A DNA stretch of 64,000 nucleotides, taken from positions 12,276,001 through 12,340,000 of the forward strand of contig NC_087247.1 in NCBI RefSeq assembly GCF_037042905.1, given 5' to 3'. Positions 59,227-64,000 of the stretch are shown one piece after another; position 1 is the stretch's first letter; each line of letters starts with the position of its first letter. This DNA is from Lytechinus pictus (lineage: Eukaryota). The notes beneath the pieces are model-generated. The model had not been told where the DNA came from. It ran no database searches and saw only the letters and a list, made by a program, of their open reading frames with translations. The position numbers and the translations under genes were made by a program.

Positions 59227-59777
59227 CCCGGGGGGGCCACTTCCATTGACGAGTGGATACCATGCGCGAGCATGGGGTCTCGAAAAGCACCCTAAACACG
59301 TATTTTCCATATTCTGAAAATGCACCCCTTAACAAGTATTGGCCTGTGAAACCCTACCCTTAACAAGTATTGGAAACAAAACGATACTCTTGACAAGTAT
59401 TCCCTGAAATGAACCCCTAAACAAGTACAGCGATATGTCACGGGTCCCTTGGTCGTCGGTTACTTTTACACATCACTTGGTTTAGAACGGCCCTACCTTC
59501 CACACGTCGCGCAAATCGGACTCTAAACACGTAGTGTTGGAGCAAAAAGGACATCCTTTATAAAACATTTTAATTTTGTTTTATCATCCCCACAAATTTG
59601 ACCCTAAACACGTAGCTTTCCTAACGAAATAGATACCCTTTTTTCATTATTTTTGTGTTTTTGACACCCTTATCACGTTACGTACGTAACGTGCCCTATC
59701 TTGAAAAAGACATCCTTTTTACGTGTTTTTTTGGTCGCGCATGGTATCCACTCGTCAATGTAAGTGGCCCCCCCGGG
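59227..59777. mobile_element. Young non-autonomous DNA transposon, CCCGGG termini, 8-bp TSD CATACATG
   Basis: ~42-bp near-perfect TIR; TSD at 59219-59226 and 59778-59785; internal aacaagtat repeats. Confidence 0.9.
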
Positions 59778-62267
59778 CATACATGTAAGTAGAAAGTGTT
59801 CCACTGTCCTTTTTCCATGAAAAACGTGATAATTTATATTGGTTTTTCCCATAAATTTCTGTCTAAAGATGACTTTTATGTCTAAAGATGACTTTTATGT
59901 TATGTTTTGTCCTTTCTTGCCTCCTGAATTCCAATTGTCTTATTGACAAGATTGGCTGCTATTTCTTTATTGGTGATATCCTATATATTTTTAGCTCTAA
60001 AACATTGCTGTTTTCTTGGAAATCATTGTAAACTCTGGAGTGTTTTCATTTATTTTAAAGACGCATATGTTTCCATAGAAAATACCACTCATATACCCAT
60101 ATAGGGGTGTTACAGAATTTATAAGGAACTAAGATATAAGAACTATTATCTTGTTTATAAATATTCATTTATTAGGGCTATTTGAAAGTGCAGTTGGATC
60201 AAAGCATTTATATATTGTATGAGGAATGTGATGTACATAAATTCAATATAGTCAGGGGCGTGAGGGATCACAAATAAAATAGCTGAAAAAAAGCCAAAGA
60301 ATGTAAAAAAGCAGAAATTGGAAGAGCTCCTATGGCTTTTTTACATAAGAAAAAACAAGCTGGCATTGAGCTGAAAATCAGCTTATTAGCTGAATTCATC
60401 CCTGTATTTATATATGTGTGTATTGTTGCAAACATCAAGAATAGGGAGCTACAGTCTCCATTTTCTGCAAAATAAGAATACCTAGCAACAGAAAAACAGA
60501 AGTAATGACCAACAGAATTATAGCTTACAATCACACTTTATATTTAAAAAAACACCTCAAAAATAGATCTTAAATATCTTTAGAAAATACATTCCCCTTT
60601 AAGGTATCTTGCGCCCACTTTATGGCCAAAGGTTTGTTTGACTAGCGTGTGTTTGTGTGTGGTGGCTGGTATATGAAATAGTATGCCCATTTTTTACGAA
60701 ACATCAATAATGAATGCTAGAATTTTATGACAAGTTTGCTGTCAATCAAATAGCAAGATTTTGGTCATGTACAACTGTAGATTTTAGATTCAATTGGTGA
60801 AAGTATCATTAAACAGTCTATTGCTCCGTGTAACCAAAAGTTTTGATGTCAATTGCAAAATGAGAGGCAGCATTGCTGTGCATTTTGTTCTTATGACTGA
60901 CTAGTTACCGTTCAGATTATATTGAAATTGCATTTGATATCTAACCTTGTGTTTTGTGTAAAGCCCCCCCCCCCTGCCTTTATTCTTCCATTGACATACA
61001 TGGTTATACAGAATGGGAGACATTATTCGAGTGAGCTAGAGAATACTGGACATGATTAATTCAAATGTATAGCACTCATGTACATTAATTCCATGTATGC
61101 TGCCTTTATGTACATAAGTTTGTTTTATTTTGTTGTCATGGTAACATGGTACTCTTCCATGGTTTTATGATATACAGGCAGAATGAAACTAACAAAATTA
61201 GTTAATTGTAGTTTTAGACTTTTATGGAATGTAAGTTGCCAACTTGGTCAGTTATTTCAATCCTACCGGGTAGATGGCATAATGCTGAAACTTAAAAACT
61301 TGAGAAAAAAAATAGTGATTACACTAAACCTGTGTAATCAGGACTTGACCCAGGTTAACTGATGAGAAGACTGCCTAAAATACTTTGTTGCACTTGCAAA
61401 ACATTACACATACATGTTTTGAGTGTAAATTCAATGTAATATTTAATTTCATTTTACATATTTTAAGAATTATACTCCAGTCCAGTCGAATTGAAATGAC
61501 ACATTTTCAATGTCTGTTGATTTATTTTGTATATTGGTGCACATTGTTAGCAGGTGCAATTAAGTTTGTGAAAATATTCGGGCAATATGAATGCATAATT
61601 ATCATTATACACATGTATGATGTTTAGCTGTTGATATGTACATGCATATTGTATAAAATTTATCATCAAGCATCTATGAGATTGCTCATAGATCAAGGCA
61701 GTAACATTATGTAAGATCTTCACAAAGAGAAAAAAGAAGAAGAAATGTTTATTTGATTTTAATAGTATGGTATTAAATAGTGATTGTCCGAATATATCAA
61801 GTTGATAGATATCAAGAATCAGTTTTAATAGTATGGTAATAAATGGCGATTGTCCAAATATATCAAGTTAATAAATTGATAAATATCAAGAATAAAATTA
61901 AATCAAAGAAAACGTGCAAAGGTGAATTGTTTTAATGTAGCTAAAAAAAATCCAGAAGTACAGAGAATATTGGTCAGGGGTGAACATAGGTAGGTTTTCA
62001 AGGCCCTACCAATTGTATTCTTTGGTTGTCGGATATTAAGGCAGATAATGAAGTTTTTTTTTAGTTAAACTTGTTTTAAATTGTGAATGTCCAAATGCTG
62101 GAGACTAATGTGAAATCTTAAAAAATAATATTGTGAGGGATATTTGAAATTGATTTTTATGTTGGTGTGTATCTTTTATTTGCAATAAAAACATATAAGC
62201 CTATATAAACGAATAGTGTTTATAGTGATTTCTTTATGGGCAAGACCTTGAAACAATCAAGCCTTGT

Positions 62268-62540
62268 GGAGTGTTGTGGCCCAGTGGATTAGTCTTCTGA
62301 CTTTGAAACAGGGTCGTGGGTTCATATCCCAGCCATGGCAGAGTTTCCTTCGGCAAGAAATTTATCCACATTGTGCTGCACTCAACCCAAGTGAGGTAAA
62401 TGGGTACCTGGCAGGAATTTATTCCTTGAAATGCCACCACGCTGTAAAAGGCTGCAGAGCTAAAGCCAGGGTAATAATATCCAATTGAGCACATAGGAAC
62501 ACATTTGGCAGTGATATGCACTATACAAGCATGTTGGTAT
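62268..62540 (+). mobile_element. tRNA-derived SINE, near full length
   Basis: tggcccagtgg A box, gggttcatatccc B box, gcaagaaatttatccacattgtgctgcactcaacccaagtgaggtaaatgggtacc core. Confidence 0.8.
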
Positions 62541-62929
62541 TGTGTACAAGCCACAGAAATGGAATGAAATCACATAATCCATAGATTGTATAAACTGTAC
62601 TCCAGTTTTTAATTTCATATATTAAAGTCAGATGGTAAACGAACAAGTATTGGGTGGTTTAGATGTTCACAGTGAATACACTTAAAGAGTCAAACTCTGG
62701 TAGATAAAACACAAGGACATGAATAGAATTCAATATTATGAAATGATATTTACACCGTTTCATATGGGTAAACCAAGTTTAAAATCATACCATGCAGTAT
62801 CAAAATTATACAAACGATAACTAAAATCAAAACTATTTGCCATCATTGGAAAATTTCTTTCACTCCAACATATCCATATCATCTTTTTGAAAACTGATTC
62901 TGCCATAAGTTTTCAAACCTTGATTTGTT

Positions 62930-63110
62930 CTGGGGGCCGTTTCATAAAGCTGTTCGTAAGTTAAGAACGACTGGTGAACCTTTCTTACATGTACTTGCTA
63001 AATCATTCCCAATGAACATCTTGGTGTATACCATTTACCACAAGAGAGGATCACCAGTCGTTCTTAAAGTCGCCCTTAACTTACGAACAGCTTAATGAAA
63101 CGGCCCCCTG
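62930..63110. mobile_element. Harbinger-like MITE, CTG TSD
   Basis: ctg-ggggccgtttcataaagctgttcgtaagttaag ... cttaacttacgaacagcttaatgaaacggcccc-ctg. Confidence 0.85.
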
Positions 63111-63135
63111 GACTGATTTTACAGTCGGAACTCAT

Positions 63136-63255
63136 CAGGGTCCCGTAACACAAAGGTTAGCAATCGATTTTATATTGGTTGTACCCTGGGGACAATGCAA
63201 TCAATTGTAAAGACATTGTCCAACGATGACTGCTAAGCTTTGTGTTAAAGGCCCC
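63136..63255. mobile_element. Harbinger-like MITE
   Basis: gggtcccgtaacacaaaggttagca / tgctaagctttgtgttaaaggcccc. Confidence 0.75.
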
Positions 63256-64000
63256 TAACTTCACCTTACTAAAACTCATCCCTCAGTTTTTTTTTTTCAA
63301 TTGTCGCCATTGTATAGCCGCCCTCTATAAAATACAATATTATTGATCAAATAAATACCTTTTATTTAGTAACATCACTCTTAAACCAGAGATACATGAC
63401 AGCCACCCCAAAAAGAAGCCATATTGTGTATTCATTGTTATTGCTATTTCCGAATCTTTATACCTACATGTACATGTAATATAAATAACTGAACAAACTA
63501 ATCTCATCTCGGATTGTAGAAACGTGCATATGCAGTGGCCCGATAAATGCTTTCATTTTTTTTCTTGTCAACAAATGTCGACTTTGAATCGGACCTCCAA
63601 TCATCCATATTAGCAAAATCTTAAGTTTTGTTGTTAAAAGAGGCACTGCTGGTCTGCATCTATAAAACAAATAGAACAATTTCCGGATTCCTAATACCTG
63701 CCATCCCCACAAACTCAACCAAATCATACATATTATTCACATTTATCTTTTATAATGCAGTCTGATACAAATCCAGGAAAGGGGATGTAAGCAGACATAT
63801 AGATAATCATGTACAAACAATTACAAATGGCGTAACTGACCAGTTCCAACATATGTCACAATAGCAAACAATAACAATACTTGGGATGTAGCCCCGATAA
63901 GTAATAATACAAAACATGATATTGTCATATACCAAAGAACTCCCAAACTAGGCTGTTGCCTTATTAGCATATTTTTTTAGTGTCACATGGAAACATGGAG

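Noticed and set aside
61757-61895. Short local duplications (also 59861-59899)
   Set aside because: Ordinary slippage duplications with no further structure.

Overview
Animal genomic DNA (AT-rich and intron-dense; the repeat types suggest a sea urchin or other echinoderm, which is an inference). Most of the window is the 3' part of one + strand gene for a voltage-gated calcium channel alpha-2/delta subunit (CACNA2D family). I traced 33 phase-consistent coding exons from 5551 to the TAA at 55112 (about 862 aa): VWA domain with DxSxS, Cache domains, the alpha2/delta junction and a GPI-type hydrophobic tail. The roughly 240 N-terminal residues lie upstream of the window. Highlights: (1) an AT-AC minor-spliceosome (U12) intron at 51876-53741 that holds a 69-bp tandem array and has an in-frame GT-AG alternative; (2) a MIDAS motif lacking its Thr; (3) a 27-nt microexon, plus several candidate cryptic microexons and alternative terminal exons with QKI/RBFOX-like motif clusters in the three long central introns, which could give truncated soluble or differently anchored isoforms (hypothesis only); (4) a foldback (TU-like) element of more than 3.5 kb with near-identical arms; (5) a Helentron-type non-autonomous element and many nested MITEs and SINEs. 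Nearly all ORFs in the supplied track are artefacts or exon read-through.
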